A stretch of DNA of 32,000 bases from Nitrososphaera viennensis EN76 (GTDB lineage: Archaea; Thermoproteota; Nitrososphaeria; Nitrososphaerales; Nitrososphaeraceae), in NCBI RefSeq assembly GCF_000698785.1, contig NZ_CP007536.1, positions 1,770,001 to 1,802,000 on the forward strand, given 5' to 3'. Positions 1-6,776 of this stretch are shown one piece after another. Each line of letters begins with the position of its first letter. Positions within the stretch are counted from its first letter, which is position 1. The position numbers and the translations under genes are program-made. The notes beneath the pieces are model-generated. The model was not told the DNA's origin and made no database searches. It saw only the letters and a program-made list of their open reading frames with translations.

Positions 1-365
1 TCAAAAGGGTACTGACGAAAGTCCATGTTCTTGACAAACGTGCCCTTGACGCGCGCCTCGTAATAGTTTGGCTCTACCTGCGAGGGCGTGACAGTGGCGT
101 TGAACGCGTTCATAAAATCAAAGCGCGGGGCGCTCTTGGTAAAGTTGGCACTTGGACTGTCCGAGATAAACCAGATGTAAAAGTCAATGTCGTACGAGCC
201 TGCCTGCAGGTCTGTCTTGCCGACGTTGACAAGGTACACCCCTACCGTGAGGCTTTCCGGCTTTTCTTCTTCTGCAAACGCCAGGTTTGTTGTCGTTGCA
301 CCCGGTATTGAGAAAAAGGCAGCAACGAGCGCGGCAAGCGACAAGAGCGCCGCTATTTTGTACAA
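1..365 (-). CDS. secreted protein, N-terminal part (C-terminus lies beyond window start); pentameric ligand-gated ion channel-like extracellular domain
   Basis: My own translation of the minus strand; this ORF is not in the track because it runs off the edge. A probable TTG start at 365 gives a signal-peptide-like YKIAALLSLAALVAAFFSIPGATTTNLAFA. It continues LTVGVYLVNVGKTDLQAGSYDIDFYIWF...YEARVKGTFVKNMDFRQYPF(D). The DFY..W and YPFD blocks resemble the Cys-loop/pLGIC ligand-binding domain. Confidence 0.45.
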   Translation of the reverse strand, partial: MYKIAALLSLAALVAAFFSIPGATTTNLAFAEEEKPESLTVGVYLVNVGKTDLQAGSYDIDFYIWFISDSPSANFTKSAPRFDFMNAFNATVTPSQVEPNYYEARVKGTFVKNMDFRQYPF

Positions 366-405
366 CCTTTCATTGCTTGGGTAGAAGAGGCTATTTGCAT
401 TATGA

Positions 406-1590
406 CTATTTTTTTCTCGTATACTGGGTCCAGCTTACCTTCTTCTCTTTCTTCTTCTCGGATGGGGCGCTGCTGCCGTCCGACTTTCTCATTATGAAAA
501 GGTACTTGAAGCCGCGCAGGTAAAAGTTGAACCGCAGCGCGCGGTTGTGCCACACGCCAGTGTTTGACGTCTGGCCGCGCCTTGCGAGGCAGATGATGTC
601 GACCGTTTCAAAGTGCCTGCACAGCCGCTCGTACACCCGGAAACCCACGGGCGTGAACTTTTTGTGCACCCACTGGTCGCCGATTACCCACCCTATCGCC
701 TTGCCGGGCTTCATCACCCTGTAACATTCTGCCATCACCTTTTCCAGCTCGTCGTAAAACTCGTCTGTTTCAGCGGAAATCTTGCCGATGTTGCCGGGCT
801 GGTCGTTGTAGTCGATGTTGTCGCCGTACGGCGAGTCGATGAACACCATGTCGACGCTTTCGTCCGCAAGCGGGATCGTTCGCGCGTCGTTCTGCACAAT
901 GTCGGGCCTGACAGGCGATATGTCAAATGCCCTGCATTTTCTGCCTTCTTCGTTGCAGACGTCAAGCGTGGTGCCGCTTCCAGCCATCGGGTCTAGCACG
1001 AGGTCGCCCGGATCGGTGTAGCGCTTTATCATGTTGTATATCGCAAACGCCGGCGTGACTCCGGCGTACTTGTTGCTCCCCTTGGGCGTCCTGCCGTAGC
1101 TCTGCCGGGGGTAGTCCCACAGCGTGGTCGATTCCAGCCGGGGCTTTTCGTCCTCCTCATCCTTCTCAAACGAGGCCAGCTTGCTGTCTGGGTTTTCGAG
1201 GTAACTGGAAAGCGCCTTTGCAGCAGCAGCCGGGAGCGCGTCGCGCCAGCCAAGCCCCATCTGCGCGAGGATTTTCCTGGCGCCTTTTAGCGAGTGTACC
1301 TTGCCATTCTGCGACACCCTTACCTGGTAGGGGTACCTGCCGGCCCACGCCTCCGGCTCGATGTCCTTCTTGCCGGCCGAGCCTGCCGCAAACGTCCCGT
1401 ACAGCACGTCGGTGTCAAGGTTCAGCAAAAACAGCGGGTCGCCCTTTTTTATGGCAAGCACCCCTTCGCCGTACAGCCTGCCGGTGGCAAACAGCATCCT
1501 GTCAAGGCACTCTTTTTCCGTCTTGCTGGTGCAGGCGAAAATGCGACCTTGCCTTCCTGCAGCAACAACACCAGCAGCATTAGCCACCAT
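406..1590 (-). CDS. SAM-dependent N-methyltransferase (DNA or RNA) with N-terminal DCD/PUA-like (EVE/ASCH-type) domain
   Basis: 394-aa ORF. Residues about 15-95 read GRIFACTSKTEKECLDRMLFA..LFLLNLDTDVLYGTFAAGSAG..IEPEAWAGRYPYQVRV, a DCD-like block pattern. The methyltransferase core has VLDPMAGSGTT (motif I) followed 44 aa later by FIDSPYGDN (motif IV, D/N-P-P-Y type) and then RVMKPGKAIGWVIGD. Motif I precedes motif IV, a gamma-like order. Confidence 0.8.
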   Translation of the reverse strand: MVANAAGVVAAGRQGRIFACTSKTEKECLDRMLFATGRLYGEGVLAIKKGDPLFLLNLDTDVLYGTFAAGSAGKKDIEPEAWAGRYPYQVRVSQNGKVHSLKGARKILAQMGLGWRDALPAAAAKALSSYLENPDSKLASFEKDEEDEKPRLESTTLWDYPRQSYGRTPKGSNKYAGVTPAFAIYNMIKRYTDPGDLVLDPMAGSGTTLDVCNEEGRKCRAFDISPVRPDIVQNDARTIPLADESVDMVFIDSPYGDNIDYNDQPGNIGKISAETDEFYDELEKVMAECYRVMKPGKAIGWVIGDQWVHKKFTPVGFRVYERLCRHFETVDIICLARRGQTSNTGVWHNRALRFNFYLRGFKYLFIMRKSDGSSAPSEKKKEKKVSWTQYTRKK

Positions 1591-1674
1591 CCCAAAATCT
1601 GGCGCCTGCCACAGGATTTAACGGTATCGCCGGCAGCAACAACCTTTTACGCAACTCTTGCGATATATAGCAGC

Positions 1675-1860
1675 ATGACGACCCTGTGCTACATCTGCAA
1701 CACACGGACGGCCACGCTTGACTGCGCCGACTGCAGGAGGCCGGTGTGCAAGAAATGCACCCGGGACTTTCCCTTCTCCCCGGGAGTCTGCCTGGAATGC
1801 GCCCAGAAGGCAAAGACGGGCCTTGGCGGGATAAGAAAGGACACAGGCGAGATCTTTTAA
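1675..1860 (+). CDS. small Cys-rich zinc-finger protein (four CxxC pairs)
   Basis: Internal ATG of track ORF 1294..1860; the upstream part of that ORF is antisense to the methyltransferase gene. Sequence MTTLCYICNTRTATLDCADCRRPVCKKCTRDFPFSPGVCLECAQKAK carries CxxC x4, consistent with a B-box or double zinc ribbon. Confidence 0.45.
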   Translation: MTTLCYICNTRTATLDCADCRRPVCKKCTRDFPFSPGVCLECAQKAKTGLGGIRKDTGEIF

Positions 1861-1884
1861 TCCCGATAACACAGCACAGGACGC

Positions 1885-2451
1885 GTGAAAAACGCCCCGG
1901 AAGGCTGGAAGATCCTGTCGTCGAGACAAGTGTACAACCATCGCTACCTGTCCGTGTACGAGGACGAGATGGACCTTGCCGGCAAGAGGAAAAAGACCTA
2001 CATACGCGGCCGGCGCCTGGACTACTCTACCATCGTGCCCTTTTCAGACGACGGGAAAAGCATCCTTACAATCAAGAGCTACCGGCACCTCGTGGACTCG
2101 TACCAGGTCGAGGTGCCCTCCGGCTATATCGAAAAGGGCGAGGCGCCGCTGGCGGCCGCAAGGCGCGAGCTGGAAGAGGAGACGGGCTACATTGCAAAAA
2201 GTATGGTAAAGGTGGGCTCGTACACACTCGACTACTCCATGTTCGAGCAGACGGGCAACGTGTTTGCAGCCTACGGCCTTGAAAACACCGGCACAAAAAA
2301 GCTTGGCAGCATGGAAGAGATATCGCAGGTGCGCTTTGTGCGCCTGCAAAAAGTGAAAAAGATGCTCCTTGAGGGCAGGATACTGAACGCGGCGTCCATA
2401 GTCGCACTGTACCGCGCCATACACTACCACGAAACAGGGCCGGGGAAATAA
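1885..2451 (+). CDS. Nudix hydrolase (ADP-ribose pyrophosphatase-like)
   Basis: 188 aa with a GTG start. It has a complete Nudix box, GYIEKGEAPLAAARRELEEETGY (Gx5Ex7REUxEExGU). Confidence 0.85.
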   Translation: MKNAPEGWKILSSRQVYNHRYLSVYEDEMDLAGKRKKTYIRGRRLDYSTIVPFSDDGKSILTIKSYRHLVDSYQVEVPSGYIEKGEAPLAAARRELEEETGYIAKSMVKVGSYTLDYSMFEQTGNVFAAYGLENTGTKKLGSMEEISQVRFVRLQKVKKMLLEGRILNAASIVALYRAIHYHETGPGK

Positions 2452-2485
2452 TTTAAATCATCTTTCAGCGAAGGTAGTACTACAT

Positions 2486-3058
2486 ATGTCATCAGTGAAC
2501 GACAGCCCCAACCACTTCATGGTCCTCGACGCGATTTCAAGGGGGATGAAATCAATAGGCAAGATAGCCAAGGTCACGAAGCTCGACAAGGCTCTCGTGG
2601 AGATGATAGTCAACGACCTTGCGGCCCAGCGCCTCATAATAAAGAGCGAGAAAAAGAGCTTTTTTGGAGGCAAGAAGGAGGAGCTGACGGTAACAGAGAC
2701 CGGCATGCGCATGCTCATGGCCAAGAAACAGGAGCTTGAGCGCAAGTTCCAGCAGATACAGCAGTGGTACTCCAACGGCCAGACGCAGCAGCTGCAGAAC
2801 TCGATGCAGTCTGACAGGATGTGGCTCCCGTTCATGCTGTTCTCCGGCATAATGAACGCCGTGTTCTTTATGTCCATGATGTCGTTCATGGGAGCTGCGC
2901 TGACCCCTGCCGAGAGTGCCCATGCAGGCGACGCGGGTGCTGCCGACACTGGCGCAGGCGCCGATGCCGGGGCTGACAGCGGAGCCGGGGTGGATGGCGG
3001 AATGGACAGCGGCGGGGATTTCGGCGGCGACTTTGGCGGCGGCGATTTCAGCTTCTAG
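2486..3058 (+). CDS. membrane-associated winged-helix protein with Gly/Asp-rich C-terminal tail
   Basis: 190 aa. The N-terminus is MarR/ArsR-like wHTH (MVLDAISRGMKSIGKIAKVTKLDKALVEMIVNDLAAQRLI). A Q-rich helix follows, then one hydrophobic segment (WLPFMLFSGIMNAVFFMSMMSFMGAAL). The tail is GDAGAADTGAGADAGADSGAGVDGGMDSGGDFGGDFGGGDFSF. Confidence 0.6.
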   Translation: MSSVNDSPNHFMVLDAISRGMKSIGKIAKVTKLDKALVEMIVNDLAAQRLIIKSEKKSFFGGKKEELTVTETGMRMLMAKKQELERKFQQIQQWYSNGQTQQLQNSMQSDRMWLPFMLFSGIMNAVFFMSMMSFMGAALTPAESAHAGDAGAADTGAGADAGADSGAGVDGGMDSGGDFGGDFGGGDFSF

Positions 3059-3740
3059 CAGAAGCAATAGTAGCCTTTCTGTACGCCTGCGGCGCCACAA
3101 TTGCAAAGGCGCCGGCCAAAAGCGCGAGCGGGACTGACAGCAGGATCGACTGCTGGTAGAATGCCAGGCCGACGGTCTCGGCGACCAGTATGCACGCGGA
3201 TTCCGCGGTCACGAGTATCACCGCGCTTGTTTTCAGTATCGACCCGAGCTCGGGCTCGCTGCGCACGCTTGACAGTTTCCTGACGCCTGCCGCAAAGTCG
3301 CGCAGGGTGCCCGCCATGCTTGGGACAAAGCCCTTTCCCTGCGAATTTTCAAGGACGGAGCAGCAGCCGCATAATGTCTTGCCGCTGCCGCAATTCCTTC
3401 CAAGTATCGTCAGAAACGTCGTCACGCCGGCAAGCGCATAGCCCATCACGTAGGAAACCGCGATGCCCGCATAGTTCACGCCAAAGAGGTACAGGCCCGC
3501 GTTCTGGCCCAGCTCTGCAGAGGCTATGCAGAGGACCTCGATGCCAAGCGCGACTGCAAACATTTCCCTTGAATGAAAAAGGAACCTTTCTGCCGTCTTG
3601 ACTCTGGATGATTTTCTTTTTCTTCCGGCATGCACGTCTGCGCAGCATTTCTCCTCGTTGCACACGAGGCACTGGAATTTCGTATTGCATTCTGCCGGCA
3701 CGCAGAGGCACCCGGCGCAGCGCTCTACTACCACATGCAA
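3048..3740 (-). CDS. Cys-rich integral membrane protein (N-terminal zinc-ribbon-like segment, CGCC loop)
   Basis: 230 aa. The N-terminus CAGCLCVPAECNTKFQCLVCNEEKCCADVH has 9 Cys in about 30 aa. Several hydrophobic helices follow. An internal loop reads NCGSGKTLCGCCS. The gene lies directly downstream of a NikR-like gene on the same strand. Confidence 0.6.
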   Translation of the reverse strand: MHVVVERCAGCLCVPAECNTKFQCLVCNEEKCCADVHAGRKRKSSRVKTAERFLFHSREMFAVALGIEVLCIASAELGQNAGLYLFGVNYAGIAVSYVMGYALAGVTTFLTILGRNCGSGKTLCGCCSVLENSQGKGFVPSMAGTLRDFAAGVRKLSSVRSEPELGSILKTSAVILVTAESACILVAETVGLAFYQQSILLSVPLALLAGAFAIVAPQAYRKATIASARS

Positions 3741-3822
3741 AGATCGTTCCGCCGGTATTTTAGGAAATATCCTGGAAAACCCTGATGAAAGGTATGTTTA
3801 CTATATGCAGCCTGCATGATCA

Positions 3823-4212
3823 TCATAACGCGATGAGCTTGACGTGGTCCATCTTTTTGTTGGACTGGAACTTTTTGGTCATGTCGCGCACGTCGTCTGC
3901 CTGGCCCCTGAGCATAAAGATCTCAAGGCACCTGTCGCCGTCTATCTTGTTGTGTATGTGCGTGCCGATGAGCTTGTCATAGTCGTGCCTCATGAGCGAC
4001 ACCTGGTCATCGGACTTTTCGTCGTGGATGACCATGAGGATGGCATAGATGCTGCCGGACAGGTTCTGCCTGTCGCGCTCTTCTGCAAGTAGGTTCCTTA
4101 TTCCCGCCCTCACTATCTCGGACCTGCCTGAAAAGCCAAGCGACTTTTGGAGCTTGTCAACCTCCTGCAGGATGTCATCGTTTAGCGAGACGCTTACTAT
4201 GGTCATTGACAT
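3823..4212 (-). CDS. NikR-like ribbon-helix-helix metal-responsive regulator (paralog 1)
   Basis: 129 aa. The N-terminal RHH reads VSVSLNDDILQEVDKLQKSLGFSGRSEIVRAGIRNLL. The C-terminal metal-binding block reads RHDYDKLIGTHIHNKIDGDRCLEIFMLRG, with an H..HxH..C arrangement like NikR. Confidence 0.8.
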   Translation of the reverse strand: MSMTIVSVSLNDDILQEVDKLQKSLGFSGRSEIVRAGIRNLLAEERDRQNLSGSIYAILMVIHDEKSDDQVSLMRHDYDKLIGTHIHNKIDGDRCLEIFMLRGQADDVRDMTKKFQSNKKMDHVKLIAL

Positions 4213-4257
4213 GCAATATTATTAACTTCTTTATAAAGACAACTGAAATGTTATTAA

Positions 4258-4635
4258 CTATAGCGCAACCAGCCTCACGTTGCTCATGGCCTTGCTTGCC
4301 GCAAACCTCTTGCGCATCTCCCTCACCTTTCCTGCGTCGCCGTTTAGGACAAAGAATTCCAGGCAGCGCTCGCCGTCTATCTTGTTGTGGAGATGAGTCG
4401 TTACAAGCTCCTCGTACCGGTGGCGCATCTTTGTCACCTCCTCGTCAAACTTTTCGTGGTGCGTAACGAGCAAGAGCGCGCGTACCTGTCCGTTGTCCGG
4501 CTGCCGCTTTTCCGCGATGATGTTGTGAATCCCGGCGCGCACCACCTCGGATCTGCTTGGAAAGCCAAGCGACTTTTGCAGCCTGTCCATTTCCGCAAGG
4601 ATGCCTTCGTTGAAGGAGAAGCTGACCACGGGCAT
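4258..4635 (-). CDS. NikR-like ribbon-helix-helix metal-responsive regulator (paralog 2)
   Basis: Start taken at the internal ATG (MPVVSFSFNEGILAEMDRLQKSLGFPSRSEVVRAGIHNII), because the 14-codon 5' extension in the track crosses an AT-rich promoter. The C-terminal block reads RHRYEELVTTHLHNKIDGERCLEFFVLNG. Confidence 0.78.
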   Translation of the reverse strand: MPVVSFSFNEGILAEMDRLQKSLGFPSRSEVVRAGIHNIIAEKRQPDNGQVRALLLVTHHEKFDEEVTKMRHRYEELVTTHLHNKIDGERCLEFFVLNGDAGKVREMRKRFAASKAMSNVRLVAL

Positions 4636-4645
4636 GATGAAGGGA

Positions 4646-4660
4646 GTTATTATTAATAAC
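4646..4660. promoter_or_regulatory. 15-bp perfect palindrome GTTATTA-T-TAATAAC between a TATA-like CTTATAAG and the NikR paralog 2 start
   Basis: Read directly: gttattattaataac. GTTATTA and TAATAAC are exact reverse complements around a central T. CTTATAAG at 4661-4668 is a candidate TATA for the minus-strand gene. Confidence 0.45.
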
Positions 4661-4678
4661 CTTATAAGTTCTTCCATA

Positions 4679-4693
4679 GTTATTATTAATAAA
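4679..4693. promoter_or_regulatory. second copy of the palindrome (GTTATTATTAATAAA, 14/15) abutting the TATA-like element of the substrate-binding protein gene
   Basis: Read directly: gttattattaataaa, followed by ggtatttatag (TATA-like, about 32 nt before ATG 4735). A further GTTATTA half-site lies at 4704-4710. Confidence 0.4.
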
Positions 4694-4734
4694 GGTATTT
4701 ATAGTTATTATCCAAGGTAATAGGTGCATCACAA

Positions 4735-5703
4735 ATGGCATCAAGCAAGGTTTTGATGATTGGAATGGGCGCAGGAGCAGCAGTCGCAATAGCGATAGCG
4801 GTCGCCGCGTTTGCAACAATGGGCGGCAGCGCCACTACCACGCCGGCGGCTGCTCCTGACAATAACAACGCTGAAGGAGCGCAGAAAGTGAAGGTCATAG
4901 CCTCGTTCTTCCCGCTGTACGACTTTACCCGGCAGGTGGGAGGAGACAGGGCCGATGTCTCGGTGATGGTCCCGCCCGGCGTCGAGCCCCACGACTGGGA
5001 GCCGACTCCCCAGCAGATACAACGGGCAAGCAGTGCCAACATGCTGGTGTACAACGGCGCCGGCTTTGAAAAGTGGGTAGACGCAGTCGGCGCCAACTTT
5101 ACGGTGAACACTAGCGAGGGCATGAGCCTCCTTAACAACGAAGACCCGGAAGAGCAAAAAGAGCACGGCCTTTACGATCCGCACATATGGCTCGACCCGG
5201 TTCTGGCAAAGCACCAGGTGGACAAGATCCGCGAAGGTCTTGTCAAAATAGACCCCCCAAACGCAGACTATTACAACGCAAACGCGGCAAAGTTCGCGTC
5301 AGAGCTTGACGCCCTAGACTCGCATATCAAGTCAGAGCTCTCGTCGTGCGAAAAGAAGGACTTTATCGCATTCCACGAGGCGTTCAGCTACTTTTCCAAC
5401 AGGTACAACTTGACGCAGCACGCGGTGCATGACAGCCTCACGCCGGAAGGCGAGATCCTGCCGCAGAGGCTAGAGGAGCTTGTCAAGCTTGCAAAAGATC
5501 TGGACATACACGTCGTCTACTCTGAGGAGCTTGTAGACCCGCGCCTTGCGCAGGTCATCGCTAGCGAGATACCAAACGGCAGGGTGCTCACGCTGAGCCC
5601 CATCGAGGGCCTTGACGAGCAGGAACAGGCCGCCGGCCTTGGCTATCTGGACAAGATGAGGGAAGACGTGGCCAACCTCAAAGTCGGTCTGGTCTGCAGC
5701 TAG
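4735..5703 (+). CDS. metal ABC transporter substrate-binding protein (ZnuA/TroA cluster-9 type), membrane-anchored
   Basis: 322 aa with an N-terminal hydrophobic anchor. Family motifs: VIASFFPLYDF, GVEPHDWEPTP, YDPHIWLDP, FHEAFSYF. Confidence 0.85.
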   Translation: MASSKVLMIGMGAGAAVAIAIAVAAFATMGGSATTTPAAAPDNNNAEGAQKVKVIASFFPLYDFTRQVGGDRADVSVMVPPGVEPHDWEPTPQQIQRASSANMLVYNGAGFEKWVDAVGANFTVNTSEGMSLLNNEDPEEQKEHGLYDPHIWLDPVLAKHQVDKIREGLVKIDPPNADYYNANAAKFASELDALDSHIKSELSSCEKKDFIAFHEAFSYFSNRYNLTQHAVHDSLTPEGEILPQRLEELVKLAKDLDIHVVYSEELVDPRLAQVIASEIPNGRVLTLSPIEGLDEQEQAAGLGYLDKMREDVANLKVGLVCS

Positions 5704-5917
5704 GCCGCAGGGGCGGAGAAAATAAAGTGGGAGAAAACACAGGCGGCGGTTTTTTGGAGCTGGCTGGTTGGCAACAACGCAGCAAAGTAGCCGCCGGCCC
5801 TGTTCGCCCGCCTTCATTATTCTTATTAACTATATATATTTTTATTATTAAAAACTATTAGATTATATTTAATGTCATAATAACAATATTAGAAAGGCAC
5901 CGTGCCTCACCCACGTG

Positions 5918-5950
5918 GTTATTAAAGAAAGTATATATTGTTAATAATCC
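5918..5950. promoter_or_regulatory. imperfect inverted repeat GGTTATTAA / TTAATAATCC flanking a TATA-like GTATATATT
   Basis: Read directly: ggttattaa-agaaagtatatattg-ttaataatcc. It lies upstream of the ATPase/permease genes. Just before it are the hairpin aggcaccgtgcct (5896-5908) and the palindrome ccacgtgg (5910-5917). Confidence 0.4.
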
Positions 5951-6022
5951 TACATACTAGCGCGTAAAAATGAAAACCAGCTTGCTCGAAAAAGCTTCTT
6001 TGTGCGCAGCCGGCAGCAGGAC

Positions 6023-6754
6023 ATGCAGATAGTAAACATCGACAGGGTCTCGTACAGGTATGATGGCGGGTACGCCATCCAGGACATATCCTTTTCCGCG
6101 GAAGAAGGCGATCTCGTGGGCATCATAGGGCCAAACGGCTCGGGCAAGACGACCCTCTTTAACTGCATGCTGGGCATACTGACGGGCTACTCGGGCACCA
6201 TCACGATATTCGGGCAGGACATACGCAAGAGCAAGGCTCCCCTGAAGCAGATAGGCTACGTGCCGCAAAAGCACGCAATAGAGCCGGGTTTTCCGGCTAC
6301 TGTGGAGGAAATTGTCTCGCTTGGAATAATGCGGGGCAAGCCCGCAAGGGAAAGGATCATTACCGCGCTTGAAACGGTCGACATGGCCCGCGAAAAGGAC
6401 AGGCGCATAGGCGAGCTTTCAGGAGGCCAGCAGCAGCGCGTGCTCATCGCAAAGGCCCTCGTCAACGATCCCGCGCTCTTGATACTTGACGAGCCGGCGA
6501 CCGGCATCGACATAGAGACGCAGAACCGCTTTTACTCGCTCATGACGCGCCTTAACAAGGAAAACAAACTGACGATAATCATGTCGTCGCACGACCTCGA
6601 CGCGGTGAACAGGCTCGCAAACAGGGTCGCGTGCATCAACAGGAGCATGTTCTTCCACGGCGACACGCACGAGTTCTTTGAGAACGAGGACCTTTTGAAG
6701 AAATACTCCGAAGCCAGCATGCAGGCGCACATGCACCTGCATTCGCACCACTAG
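6023..6754 (+). CDS. metal ABC transporter ATP-binding protein (ZnuC/TroB type)
   Basis: ATG at 6023, in frame with the track GTG at 6002. Walker A GPNGSGKTT, signature LSGGQQQR, Walker B LLILDEP, H-loop SSHD. The C-terminus is His-rich (AHMHLHSHH). Confidence 0.9.
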   Translation: MQIVNIDRVSYRYDGGYAIQDISFSAEEGDLVGIIGPNGSGKTTLFNCMLGILTGYSGTITIFGQDIRKSKAPLKQIGYVPQKHAIEPGFPATVEEIVSLGIMRGKPARERIITALETVDMAREKDRRIGELSGGQQQRVLIAKALVNDPALLILDEPATGIDIETQNRFYSLMTRLNKENKLTIIMSSHDLDAVNRLANRVACINRSMFFHGDTHEFFENEDLLKKYSEASMQAHMHLHSHH

Positions 6755-6776
6755 AGAGAGGCGATGGCGTGAAAAT

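Noticed and set aside
1294-1674. The 5' part of the 188-aa track ORF 1294..1860, and the other long plus-strand ORFs over 613-1621.
   Set aside because: They are antisense to the well-supported methyltransferase gene in GC-rich DNA and have Arg/Pro/Ala/Cys-rich, low-complexity translations. Only the Cys-rich C-terminal 61 codons lie outside the methyltransferase gene.
4636-4677. A 14-codon N-terminal extension (MEELIRLLIITPFI) of the second NikR-like ORF.
   Set aside because: It would place the coding sequence across the palindrome and the TATA-like element. The paralog aligns from MPVVSFSF to the first NikR's MTIVSVSL, supporting the internal ATG.
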